Shown piece after piece: positions 29,267-37,817 of a stretch of 64,000 bases of DNA. Numbering within the stretch: position 1 is the first letter of the stretch; each line of letters begins with the position of its first letter. Below the pieces are notes generated by a model. That model worked only from the letters and a program-made list of their open reading frames with translations, searched no databases and was not told the DNA's origin. This stretch comes from Candidatus Vogelbacteria bacterium (GTDB lineage: Bacteria; Patescibacteriota; Minisyncoccia; Phycocordibacterales; XYD1-FULL-46-19), in assembly GCA_021414225.1 (NCBI GenBank), contig JAIOOX010000002.1, positions 25,113 through 89,112 on the forward strand. Reading direction: 5' to 3'. The position numbers and the translations under genes were made by a program.

Positions 29267-29560
29267 ATGTCACTCAATTTTATTCGCCATAAAGAAGACT
29301 TTACCTGCGGGCATTGTGGGCGAGTTATTATCGGTGATGGGTATACTAACCACTGTTCAGCTTGCTTGTGGAGTAAACATGTCGATATTAACCCTGGTGA
29401 CCGCGCTGAGGCCTGTCAGGGCCTTATGGAGCCGATTGGGGTTGAGGTGGCTGGTGGTAAATATGACATTATTCATAAATGTTTAGATTGTAAGGAGATT
29501 AGGAAAACCAAGGCTCGCCCAGAGGATGATATTGGAGCATTTTTGACAGATTTGATATAA
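29267..29560 (+). CDS. RNHCP-domain zinc-ribbon protein. The ORF-track start at 29207 overlaps tRNA-Gly, so the internal Met is used.
   Basis: FTCGHCGRVIIGDGYTNHCSACLWSKHVD matches the RNHCP signature (xNHCPxCLxSxH). Additional cysteines CQG...CLDC. Confidence 0.5.
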   Translation: MSLNFIRHKEDFTCGHCGRVIIGDGYTNHCSACLWSKHVDINPGDRAEACQGLMEPIGVEVAGGKYDIIHKCLDCKEIRKTKARPEDDIGAFLTDLI

Positions 29561-29599
29561 TAAGGAGACGTCGTTTTACCAAGAAAATTATCTATATTT

Positions 29600-29833
29600 A
29601 TGCAAAACGTAGCAATTTATACGACTCCAACTTGCCATTATTGTAAGATGGCCAAAGCCTTCTTCCAGGAGAAAGGGATTGAATATAAGGAATATGATGT
29701 TTTGGCTGATATGGCCAAACGAGAAGAAATGGTGACCAAAAGTGGTCAAATGGGTGTGCCGGTGATTACTGTTGATGATGAGTTGGTAGTTGGTTTTGAT
29801 CAAGAGAAGCTATCTGAATTACTTGGTCTATAG
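29600..29833 (+). CDS. Glutaredoxin-like protein (NrdH/YruB-type)
   Basis: 77 aa, IYTTPTCHYCKMAKAFFQEKGIEYKEYDV with a CxxC thioredoxin fold. Sits near nrdJ and trxB. Confidence 0.7.
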   Translation: MQNVAIYTTPTCHYCKMAKAFFQEKGIEYKEYDVLADMAKREEMVTKSGQMGVPVITVDDELVVGFDQEKLSELLGL

Positions 29834-29858
29834 TTTAATTTTAGGGTTGATTATGTCA

Positions 29859-29885
29859 CAATAGGCGGGTTAGACCGCCTATTTT
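29859..29885 (+). terminator. Hairpin ataggcgg-gttaga-ccgcctat plus a T tract after the glutaredoxin gene
   Basis: 8-bp perfect stem. Immediately precedes tRNA-Arg. Confidence 0.55.
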
Positions 29886-29957
29886 GCCCTCGTAGTTAAA
29901 TGGATATAACAGTCCCGTCCTAAGGGATAGTTGTAGGTTCGATTCCTACCGAGGGCA
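29886..29957 (+). tRNA. tRNA-Arg (anticodon CCT)
   Basis: Acceptor GCCCTCG / CGAGGGC, anticodon stem gtccc / gggat with loop gtCCTaa, T arm gtaggTTCGATTcctac. Confidence 0.8.
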
Positions 29958-30004
29958 CAAAAAGTCTTTGATTTTAGGGGGTTGTTTTGGTATAGTATTC
30001 TGGT

Positions 30005-30256
30005 ATGGCTGATTTACAAGAAGTAGAGCAATTGGCTCGAGATAATAACCGTATCCTACACAAGCTTCTGGCCCACCAGAGATATTCTACGATAATTAGT
30101 GTTTTAAAATGGGCCTTGATCATTGGAACCGCTTTAGGGACCTATTATGCTATTCAGCCATACTTAGAGGGAGCTTTAAAGACTTATCAAGATTTAGGTA
30201 TTAATGTTGAACCCTTTAGAGTGATGTTTGGACTCGGTGAGGAGGTTAATAAATAA
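30005..30256 (+). CDS. Hypothetical small protein with one TM helix
   Basis: 83-aa ORF between two tRNA genes. No motif recognised. Confidence 0.3.
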   Translation: MADLQEVEQLARDNNRILHKLLAHQRYSTIISVLKWALIIGTALGTYYAIQPYLEGALKTYQDLGINVEPFRVMFGLGEEVNK

Positions 30257-30262
30257 AGATAA

Positions 30263-30335
30263 GCTTGGGTAGCTCAGTTGGTAGAGCATTCCCCTGAAGA
30301 GGGAAGGGTCGCCGGTTCGAGACCGGCCCCAAGCA
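30263..30335 (+). tRNA. tRNA-Phe (anticodon GAA)
   Basis: Acceptor GCTTGGG / CCCAAGC, D arm gctcAGTTGGTAgagc, anticodon loop ctGAAga, T arm gccggTTCGAGAccggc. Confidence 0.9.
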
Positions 30336-30368
30336 CACTTCGACAAGCTCAATGTAAAACACATTAAC

Positions 30369-30397
30369 CAAAAATCCGCCATTTGGCGGATTTTTGG
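30369..30397. terminator. Bidirectional intrinsic terminator aaaaatccgccatttggcggatttttgg
   Basis: Perfect stem flanked by an A tract and a T tract, between tRNA-Phe and the hsp20 3' end. Confidence 0.7.
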
Positions 30398-30402
30398 TTT
30401 TA

Positions 30403-30885
30403 TTATTGAACAGACCTTACTTTCAATTTGGCGCTTTTTTCTTTATCTATTTTAGGTAGTCTTAGAGTAAGAAGACCATGTTTTTCAATTGCCTCTGATT
30501 CTTCCGTTTCTATTTCAGCTGGTAGAAGGATGGTTCTAGTAAAACTACCCCAGTATAATTCCTTTTGGAAATAGTCTTCAGGGGACACGTTGCCTGATCG
30601 CTCTCGGCGGCCTTTGATAGTTACCATTTCTCTAGTAATGGATATTTGTAAATCTTCTGGCTTAACTCCAGCCACCATGCTCTGAATAATTATTTCACTT
30701 CCGGTTTGGTATACATCGACAGCTAACTCACCTTCCTCCTCTTCCTCTTCTTCCTGCCAGGTAGGGGTTTGGGGACGAGTTTTTGGTGTTGGTTCTTCTT
30801 GGTATTCAGTTTCTATGTCTCGATCGTCCGCAACAGAAATAGTTCCAGTGATACGTTCGAAAAATGATCTTTTGTCTTTAGGCAT
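30403..30885 (-). CDS. Small heat-shock protein, Hsp20 / alpha-crystallin family
   Basis: Alpha-crystallin domain (VDVYQTGSEIIIQSMVAGVKPEDLQISIT ... GLLTLRLPK). Acidic Glu-rich N-terminal region. Confidence 0.8.
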   Translation of the reverse strand: MPKDKRSFFERITGTISVADDRDIETEYQEEPTPKTRPQTPTWQEEEEEEEGELAVDVYQTGSEIIIQSMVAGVKPEDLQISITREMVTIKGRRERSGNVSPEDYFQKELYWGSFTRTILLPAEIETEESEAIEKHGLLTLRLPKIDKEKSAKLKVRSVQ

Positions 30886-30895
30886 AGGTAATAGG

Positions 30896-31690
30896 TTAGT
30901 TGTTAAGAATAGACTTAGTTACTTTAAAGTTTGGCATGCACACAATTCTTTTTACTCGTTCGAAAAAATAAATTACTAAAATGGCGGCCACCCAGAGGAC
31001 GAGAAAAATTTTAAACATCTGTGCAGTGCTTGATACAATTATAAAAAAGTTAAAGATCGTATGCAAGAGCGTAGCAATGATAAGTCCAAAAACAAAAGTT
31101 AAAATTCTTTTTTTAACACTGGAACAAAAAGTTAAAGCGATAGCTCCGCCAACGACCGCTGAAGAAACAATATGAACTACGGTGGCACCTAGAAACCGAA
31201 GATTACCAGTGAGAATAAAATAGAGGTTGTTTTCTCCAGAGGTTAGAGTGTTGATTAAAAAGAAAGTATTTTCAATAGCCGCAAAACCAATGGCGGCGGT
31301 AATAATGTAAACCATAGCGTCGATAGGTTCGTCAAAGGATTTGCTACTGAAAGCGGCGATTACGGTCGCTAAAAATTTAACTATTTCTTCGATAAAAGCC
31401 CAAACCAGTAAGAAGGGGACAGATGCAAAAAAGAAACCCCAAGACCAACCTGGATTAGATAGGTCAAAAGAGAGGTTATAGGCATTTTCCATCAGCGGTA
31501 CGGTTGAACGTTGTAAAATGAAAGCTAAAAAAACAAATAAACCACCGAGTAAAAAGGTTCTCAATATTAAACCAATGGGTTCGGGGCGGCGATTGTCTTC
31601 TCGTAACCAAAAAAATAACCAGACCAGAGCTGGAAAAAAACCACCAACAATGGCAAAGAGAATAAATTTAGGATCGAGAATATTAAGCAT
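30896..31690 (-). CDS. PrsW-family intramembrane protease-like protein
   Basis: Polytopic membrane protein with EEIVKF (EExxK) and FAAIEN (FxxxEN) motifs characteristic of PrsW. Confidence 0.6.
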   Translation of the reverse strand: MLNILDPKFILFAIVGGFFPALVWLFFWLREDNRRPEPIGLILRTFLLGGLFVFLAFILQRSTVPLMENAYNLSFDLSNPGWSWGFFFASVPFLLVWAFIEEIVKFLATVIAAFSSKSFDEPIDAMVYIITAAIGFAAIENTFFLINTLTSGENNLYFILTGNLRFLGATVVHIVSSAVVGGAIALTFCSSVKKRILTFVFGLIIATLLHTIFNFFIIVSSTAQMFKIFLVLWVAAILVIYFFERVKRIVCMPNFKVTKSILNN

Positions 31691-33869
31691 TAGAACTTGG
31701 CCAAGGTTCTATGATTAGTAGTTGACCCTGAGCTTCTTCTATCATACCCCAAATTTCTTCGGTTATAAATGGCATAAATGGGTGTAAAAGCTTAAGGTTG
31801 GTGATTAAAATATAGCGTAAAGTATATTGAGCGGACATTTTTTCTACTTCAGTTCCAGTTTTTAATTTATTTTTACAATCTTCAATAATTTCGTCAGCAA
31901 AAGTGTGCCAGAAATAGTGATACAATTTTTCGGAAGCTAAATGAAGACGATAGTTATTAAGATCGTCGGTTATCTCGGTGATAGTAGTTTCTAGTTGAGT
32001 CAAATAAGCTAAGTCGGTGTCAGTTAAGGTTGGTTTATTATTTAAATCAATCGGATTGGTATTTTCTAACACAAAGCGACTAGCATTCCAGATTTTATTG
32101 GCAAAGTGTTTATAAGCTTTAATCTTATTTTCATCAAAGCGGACGTCTAGACCAATACTAGAACCGGTGATTAGACCCATACGTAAAGCGTCAGCTCCAT
32201 ATTTGGCGATAATATCCAAAGGATCAATCCCATTATTAAGCGATTTACTAAATTTCTGACCTTTACTGTCACGGAGTAAGCCGTGAATAAGGACCTTCTT
32301 GAACGGTACTTGGCCTAAATGAAAACCACTCATCAAGATCATTCGTGAGACCCATAGATTAAGAATCTCGTAAGCTGGTGACATAAAAGAAGTAGGGTGA
32401 AAGGTCTTTAAGTCGGGAGTTTGGTTTGGCCAACCTAAAGTCGAAAACGTCCATAAAGCCGATGAAAACCAAGTATCTAAAACATCTTCATCTTGAAGCC
32501 AGTCACCACCGGTTGGAGGGGTAATTCCGCAATAAATTTCATCGCCTTTGTACCACACCGGAATTCGATGACCAAACCAAATCTGACGGGAAATACACCA
32601 GTCACGCAAGTTTTCAATCCAGTGCATGTAGGCTTTACGAAAACCTTCTTGGGGCATATCAACTGCACCACTGTTTACGGCAGTTAGCATGATGGTTTTG
32701 AGGGTGGTTTCTGATCCACTTTCGATACCTGGGATTTCTGAGTGAGGTAGGGTAAATTTCTTGTTAACGTCAATAAACCACTGCTCCATTATTTGAGGTT
32801 CAATAATTCCACCAGTACGTTCGGCGGTAGAGATATTGTGAGTATAGTCTTCTATTTTCTCAACCAAATTTTTAGATGCTAGTTTCTCAACAATTTTTTC
32901 GCGAGCATCTTTAATTTTTAGTCCAGCAAATTCGCCAGCGATTGGTAAAAGTTTGCCGTATTGATCAATGATTTGCTCTTTATCAAGTTGATGACGTTCC
33001 GCGATTTCAAAATCAACCATCGAGTGCCAAGGAGTAATGGTCATCACTCCAGTGCCGAATTCCATATCGATCGCTTCATCTTTAATAATAGTGGCCGTAA
33101 TTGGGCCGTTAATCCACTCTAATTCAATAGTTTGGCCATGAGTGTAATCTTGATAGCGCTCATCTTTAGGGTGCATGACGACATATTTGTCGCCAAATTT
33201 AGTTTCAGGTCTAGCGGTCCCAATCACAAACGGCCCGTATTTTAAGTAATAAAATTTGGTCTTTTCTTCCTCATAGACAATCTCATCATCTGAAATAGTG
33301 GTTTGTCCTTTGGTGTCCCAATTAACAATGCGATGACCACGGTAAATTAGGCCAGCTTGATACATGTTTACAAAAGCTGTAGTCACGGCATTGTAACGAA
33401 CTTGGTCCATTGTGTAAGCATAACGAGACCAATCAAGTGAGGAACCAACTTTTCTAACTTGACTTAAAATAGTGTTTTCGCTTTGTTTAGCAAAATCGGC
33501 TACTCGTTTAACCAACTCCTCGCGCCCTAAATCGTGACGGTTTTTCCCCTCTTCTTTTTGAATATTTTTTTCAACGCGAGCTTGAGTGGCGATAGCGGCT
33601 GAGTCCGTACCGGGAATCCAAACGGTTTTTTTACCGGTCATGCGTTGGTAGCGGATTATAGCGTCTTGAAGAGAGTTTTCATAAGCATGGCCTAAGTGTA
33701 AGACGCCGGTCACATTTGGTGGTGGTAAGACAATACTGAAAGCCTCTGGGCGATCGCCTGGCAAATTGTCGGGGTTAAAGTAACCTGATTTTTCCCAAAT
33801 ATCGTAAATCCGACCCTCGGTTGAGGTTGGTTCATAAGGTTTGGTCAATTTATCTGGGATTTGGGACAT
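31683..33869 (-). CDS. valS: Valyl-tRNA synthetase (compact form lacking the long C-terminal coiled coil)
   Basis: PPPNVTGVLHLGHA (HIGH region, ValRS-type PPPNVTG), KFSKSL (KMSKS). 728 aa. Confidence 0.8.
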   Translation of the reverse strand: MSQIPDKLTKPYEPTSTEGRIYDIWEKSGYFNPDNLPGDRPEAFSIVLPPPNVTGVLHLGHAYENSLQDAIIRYQRMTGKKTVWIPGTDSAAIATQARVEKNIQKEEGKNRHDLGREELVKRVADFAKQSENTILSQVRKVGSSLDWSRYAYTMDQVRYNAVTTAFVNMYQAGLIYRGHRIVNWDTKGQTTISDDEIVYEEEKTKFYYLKYGPFVIGTARPETKFGDKYVVMHPKDERYQDYTHGQTIELEWINGPITATIIKDEAIDMEFGTGVMTITPWHSMVDFEIAERHQLDKEQIIDQYGKLLPIAGEFAGLKIKDAREKIVEKLASKNLVEKIEDYTHNISTAERTGGIIEPQIMEQWFIDVNKKFTLPHSEIPGIESGSETTLKTIMLTAVNSGAVDMPQEGFRKAYMHWIENLRDWCISRQIWFGHRIPVWYKGDEIYCGITPPTGGDWLQDEDVLDTWFSSALWTFSTLGWPNQTPDLKTFHPTSFMSPAYEILNLWVSRMILMSGFHLGQVPFKKVLIHGLLRDSKGQKFSKSLNNGIDPLDIIAKYGADALRMGLITGSSIGLDVRFDENKIKAYKHFANKIWNASRFVLENTNPIDLNNKPTLTDTDLAYLTQLETTITEITDDLNNYRLHLASEKLYHYFWHTFADEIIEDCKNKLKTGTEVEKMSAQYTLRYILITNLKLLHPFMPFITEEIWGMIEEAQGQLLIIEPWPSSNA

Positions 33870-33959
33870 ATTGCCAATAGTAGCAAAGAAACTGATATTT
33901 TAAAACACAGCCCTAATGTGGTATAATGATACTCTAGGTATTAATTAGCTTATTAAATT

Positions 33960-34778
33960 ATGAAATTTATACAATCCATTAAAGACAGTGTTTATGGCCC
34001 TGCTCTATATAAAAAACTGGTCGCTGGGGGAGTGCCCTTCGGGACATCGGTTCGTTACTTACTAAAGTTGTTGGCGTTGGCTACTTTAGTGTCTTGGCTC
34101 ATGCTGGCTTCAGCGGCTGGAGGACTTCTCTACTTTGGGGCTAAGGTGATAGGTCCAGAGTTGGTTAATCAATATCCTGCCGAATTAGAAGTGGTGGTAA
34201 AGAATGGACAAGTTTCTACTAATGTAGCCTCCCCATATATGATTGCCCTGCCAGCCGATAAAGTTAAGGCGGGGGCAGAATCAATTACGAATGTTTTGGT
34301 GATTGACGTGGTTAATGAACCAACTTATGAAAAGTTTTCGGAATACAAAACCTTGGCTTTAGTTAGTCAAAAAACAGCTTGGTATAAAAACGAAGACGGT
34401 CAAGTAACGATTGTTTCTCTCGAAAAGTTTCCTAATGTAACAATCAACAAAATGTTGGTTGATGTGTGGTATCCAAAAGTAGCGATGTTCTTGAAAGGCG
34501 CTTTTGGAGTCTTTATTTTGGTGTTATTCCCAATTATTTACGCCGGCCTGATTATTTATTATCTAATCTATCTATTGTTAGCCGCTTTGTTGGTATTTGG
34601 TTTGTTAAAAATCTTAAAAATACCCGCTAACTATAGTCGGTCATATCAACTAGCTATTCACGGGGCTACCTTAACTATTGTAGTAGGAGCGGTAGCTTTT
34701 CTCTTGCCAGTGGTGGAGTTTCCTTTTTTGGGAACTTTGATCTTGTTGGCGGTGGTGGGAGTAAACTTGAAGAAGTAA
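33960..34778 (+). CDS. DUF1189-like membrane protein. Paralog of the 16604..17452 gene.
   Basis: Same N-terminal motif and TM architecture as the 16604 ORF. Confidence 0.5.
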   Translation: MKFIQSIKDSVYGPALYKKLVAGGVPFGTSVRYLLKLLALATLVSWLMLASAAGGLLYFGAKVIGPELVNQYPAELEVVVKNGQVSTNVASPYMIALPADKVKAGAESITNVLVIDVVNEPTYEKFSEYKTLALVSQKTAWYKNEDGQVTIVSLEKFPNVTINKMLVDVWYPKVAMFLKGAFGVFILVLFPIIYAGLIIYYLIYLLLAALLVFGLLKILKIPANYSRSYQLAIHGATLTIVVGAVAFLLPVVEFPFLGTLILLAVVGVNLKK

Positions 34779-34791
34779 TTTTTAAACAGTT

Positions 34792-35952
34792 TTAAAGTGA
34801 GGCATTACCTTCGGCTTTTAGTCGAGGGTTTTTGCTTGGCTTTTTCGAAAATTGACCAATGTAACCAGCGGCGGCAATCATAGTGGCATTGTCCGTGGCG
34901 TGAGTAAATTCGGGAATCAAGAGCTTAACTTGGGGGTGTTGTTCTTGGAGTTTAGTTTTAAAGGCTTCCCGTAAAGCGGTGTTGGAAATAACCCCACCAC
35001 CGATGATTAAAGTCCTAATCTTGTGTTTAGTGAGGGCTTTTAAAGTTTTAGTCGTTAAAACATCAATGACTGCGTCTTGAAATTCTTTGGCAATAGCTAA
35101 TTTGTCAGCCTGATTTAGGTCTCCATGTTTATTGATCGCATACAAGACTGAAGTTTTAATTCCCGAAAAAGAAAAGTCAAAATCACCGGAGTGAAGCATG
35201 GGACGAGGAAATTTCCAATCGATATTATTTATTTTTTGTTTTGACGCTTGTTCGGCCAGCTTACTAATCTCTGGTCCACCTGGGTAAGGTAAGCTCATTA
35301 AGCGAGCGACTTTGTCGAAGGCTTCACCAACAGCGTCATCACGAGTCTGACCAATTTTTTTATATTTCCATGGTTCTTTAACTAAAATCAATTCGGTGTG
35401 GCCGCCAGAAATCAATAGAGCTAGGGCAGGGAAAATAACTTTGGTTTTAGGGATGAGAAGGGGTGAAAGGATATGGCCAGCCATGTGGTCCGCACCCAAC
35501 ACTGGTTTATTCCAAATGACACTCAAAGCTTTAGCAAAGTTAATGCCGACCCACAAGGCTGGTTCGAGGCCTGGGCCAGTGGTGACAGTAATTAGATCTA
35601 TTTTAGGTACTGCGATGTGAGTTAGTGATTGATTGATATTAGTTAATAGGTCTGGTTCGCGGACCAAAATCTGGGTTATGGTTTTTTCAGTTCGGGTATT
35701 TATTAGTGAAGCCTTAGATGATTTTAATAATTTAGCTTCAGTGAGAGCTTGAATCAGAATTGGCACTAAATTATTAGAATGTTCTCGTTTGGCTAGTGAT
35801 GGCACCACGCCTCCATATTGGGCGTGGAGTTTAACCTGAGAGGATATCTGGTGAGCTAGAACCTTGAATTTAGGGGCTGATTTTGACCCGCTGGCAGCCA
35901 CAAGACTGATAGCGGTTTCGTCGCAACTGGTTTCGATGGCTAATATTTTCAT
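34792..35952 (-). CDS. tsaD: tRNA N6-adenosine threonylcarbamoyltransferase TsaD (Kae1/Gcp family). The ORF-track N-terminal extension to 36027 overlaps tRNA-Ser, so the internal Met is used.
   Basis: MKILAIETSCDETAISLV start, two metal-binding His (ADHMAGHI), Kae1/TsaD fold. Confidence 0.85.
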   Translation of the reverse strand: MKILAIETSCDETAISLVAASGSKSAPKFKVLAHQISSQVKLHAQYGGVVPSLAKREHSNNLVPILIQALTEAKLLKSSKASLINTRTEKTITQILVREPDLLTNINQSLTHIAVPKIDLITVTTGPGLEPALWVGINFAKALSVIWNKPVLGADHMAGHILSPLLIPKTKVIFPALALLISGGHTELILVKEPWKYKKIGQTRDDAVGEAFDKVARLMSLPYPGGPEISKLAEQASKQKINNIDWKFPRPMLHSGDFDFSFSGIKTSVLYAINKHGDLNQADKLAIAKEFQDAVIDVLTTKTLKALTKHKIRTLIIGGGVISNTALREAFKTKLQEQHPQVKLLIPEFTHATDNATMIAAAGYIGQFSKKPSKNPRLKAEGNASL

Positions 35953-35954
35953 AG

Positions 35955-36041
35955 CGGAGGAGAAGAGATTTGAACTCTTGATACGGTTTCCCGTATGCCG
36001 GTTTTCGAAACCGGTGCCTTCAACCACTCAGCCACTCCTCC
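35955..36041 (-). tRNA. tRNA-Ser (anticodon CGA), type II
   Basis: Minus-strand read GGAGGAGTGGCTGAGTGGTTGAAGGCACCGGTTTCGAAAACCGGCATACGGGAAACCGTATCAAGAGTTCAAATCTCTTCTCCTCCG. Anticodon loop ttCGAaa, long variable arm. Confidence 0.85.
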
Positions 36042-36130
36042 GTGGGCAATAACCTTGTTTTTACCCTAACGCCTGAATCCTAACACTTTTTTGCGATTTT
36101 TCAAAAAAGTGTTATAGTATCCTCGTTTAA

Positions 36131-36202
36131 GGCCCTATCGTCTATCGGTTAGGACACAAGCTTTTCAAGCTTGGAAGCAGGGTTCGACTCCCTGTAGGGT
36201 CA
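36131..36202 (+). tRNA. tRNA-Glu (anticodon TTC)
   Basis: Acceptor GGCCCTA / TAGGGTC, anticodon stem caagc / gcttg with loop ttTTCaa, T arm cagggTTCGACTccctg. Confidence 0.85.
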
Positions 36203-36546
36203 CATTAAGTTTTACTTATCTGCTATTTAGGTTTATGATAATTCATGGATACAAAAGCGCTTGTGGAGGCAAGTGTGGTGTCTAGGTTTTTCCCGGGCTA
36301 GGTAGACTCAACACACAGTTACAATCTCAAACTCCTTCCCCCCCCCTGCAATCTGTTCCAGATTGCGAGTCTCTCCGTTGTGGGTGACTTTGCTCCCCTT
36401 GATTTGACTCTATGTGGTGGAGATTGCTAGTCCCTAGCCACATTGGTGTCACCTTCCTCTTTAAGTCCCCACAAGCCTTGCCCGGGGACCTTTTCTTTTC
36501 TCGACTAAATTGACTAAATTTGATAGATTTAATTTCATTAAAAGAA

Positions 36547-36618
36547 GCGCCCTTAGCTCAGTGGTAGAGCGTTACATTGACATTGTAAAGGCCATAGGTC
36601 CAATTCCTATAGGGCGCA
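36547..36618 (+). tRNA. tRNA-Val (anticodon GAC). T-loop reads TCCAATT (C at position 55), which is atypical.
   Basis: Acceptor GCGCCCT / AGGGCGC, D arm gctcAGTGGTAgagc, anticodon stem ttaca / tgtaa with loop ttGACat. Confidence 0.7.
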
Positions 36619-36628
36619 CTAATTAAAT

Positions 36629-36663
36629 AAAAAATCCCAGAGTCAGACTCTGGGATTTTTTAT
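36629..36663. terminator. Bidirectional intrinsic terminator aaaaaatcccagagtcagactctgggattttttat
   Basis: Perfect 10-bp stem flanked by an A tract and a T tract, between tRNA-Val (+) and the trxB 3' end (-). Confidence 0.75.
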
Positions 36664-36668
36664 TTAGA

Positions 36669-37634
36669 TTATTTTAGATGTAAGTAATTATAAATATCTT
36701 CTACTGCTTTGATGGCATCCCCGGTGGCAATGTTGTTTTGTTGATAAAGCGCGTCGGTACAATCGCCAGCGGCCCAAATACCTACACAGCTAGATTTTTG
36801 AGTTTTGTGATTAATAATAATTGCTCCAAAAGAAGTTAGATCTACTAGATCTTTAACAAAACTAGTATTAGGGGTATGACCAATCTCAACAAAGATTCCT
36901 TTGACTGGTAGTTCTGTTAGTTCTGCTGTCTCCTTGTTTTTGTAAGTTAGACTAGAAACAAATTTATCGCCTTTAATTTCTGCTAGTTCAGCGTTGGTGA
37001 CGATTTTAAAATTAGGTTTTTTAAGTAGGGTATCAATAGTTATTTGATCAGCTCTGAATTCGGCTGAGCGGTGAATTAGGGTGACTGATTTACAATAAGC
37101 TAGCAATTGGCCTGCGGTTTCAAAAGCGGCGTTGCCACCACCAAGGACAGCGACATCTTGTCCGGCAAACAAAGGTCCGTCACAAGAAGCACAGTAAGTT
37201 AAACCTTTTTGATCGAACTCTGCCGCTCCTGGTACGGTTAGTTTTCGACGGTTTGAACCGGTGGCTACTAGAATCGTTTTGGCTTGATAAACTTCTCCTG
37301 ATTCGGTGGTAATAGTGAAGTTGCTATCTTGGCCAGTTACATTAGAAACCTTGGATCCAGTCTTGATGGTCAAAAAATCACCCTCGTAACTTTTGACATG
37401 GTCGGCTAGTTTTTTAGCTAAATCTTCACCGGAGATTTTTTGTTCACCGATCCAATTATAAATTTCAGGTGAGACGATGGATTGACCACCAAACTCAGTT
37501 GTCAAAAAGATAGTTTTTAGTTGTTTGCGAGCAGCATAAACACCAGCGGCATTGCCGGCTGGACCACCACCAATAATTGCTAAATCGTAGATCATAAGTT
37601 TGTCTATTGTAACATAAAAGTTTTCACTAGCCAC
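36669..37634 (-). CDS. trxB: Thioredoxin-disulfide reductase-like flavoprotein
   Basis: FAD site IIGGGPAGNAAG, NAD(P) site VLGGGNAAFE, redox-active CASC (CxxC) in the TrxB position. Confidence 0.7.
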   Translation of the reverse strand: MASENFYVTIDKLMIYDLAIIGGGPAGNAAGVYAARKQLKTIFLTTEFGGQSIVSPEIYNWIGEQKISGEDLAKKLADHVKSYEGDFLTIKTGSKVSNVTGQDSNFTITTESGEVYQAKTILVATGSNRRKLTVPGAAEFDQKGLTYCASCDGPLFAGQDVAVLGGGNAAFETAGQLLAYCKSVTLIHRSAEFRADQITIDTLLKKPNFKIVTNAELAEIKGDKFVSSLTYKNKETAELTELPVKGIFVEIGHTPNTSFVKDLVDLTSFGAIIINHKTQKSSCVGIWAAGDCTDALYQQNNIATGDAIKAVEDIYNYLHLK

Positions 37635-37656
37635 TGCTTTTAAGAGCTAAACGAGA

Positions 37657-37809
37657 CTAGTTCTGTAACAAACCCTTGCGTAACTGTCGACTAGCTGGTT
37701 TTTGCCTCATGGTTTTAGGCTGGTACTCCAGTAAGGCAAAATAGCCGACGTGGAGCAGAAGAAAACCACCCGCTGGGGTGGTTTTCTGTGGTTTGGAGCA
37801 GAAGCTAGT
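37657..37809 (-). repeat. Family 2 structured intergenic element, copy 2 (inverted relative to copy 1), directly after the ftsZ stop
   Basis: The reverse complement matches 21927..22057 almost base for base. Outer arms ctagttctgtaacaaaccc / ggtttggagcagaagctag again form a self-complementary pair but differ from copy 1. Confidence 0.7.
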
Positions 37810-37817
37810 TGAGTGAT

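Noticed and set aside
34792-36027. Long N-terminal extension of tsaD in the track ORF; likewise 29207..29266 for the RNHCP protein and 58949..59014 for the cysteine desulfurase
   Set aside because: The extensions overlap tRNA genes (Ser-CGA, Gly-CCC) or lack conservation. Internal Met codons give canonical protein N-termini.
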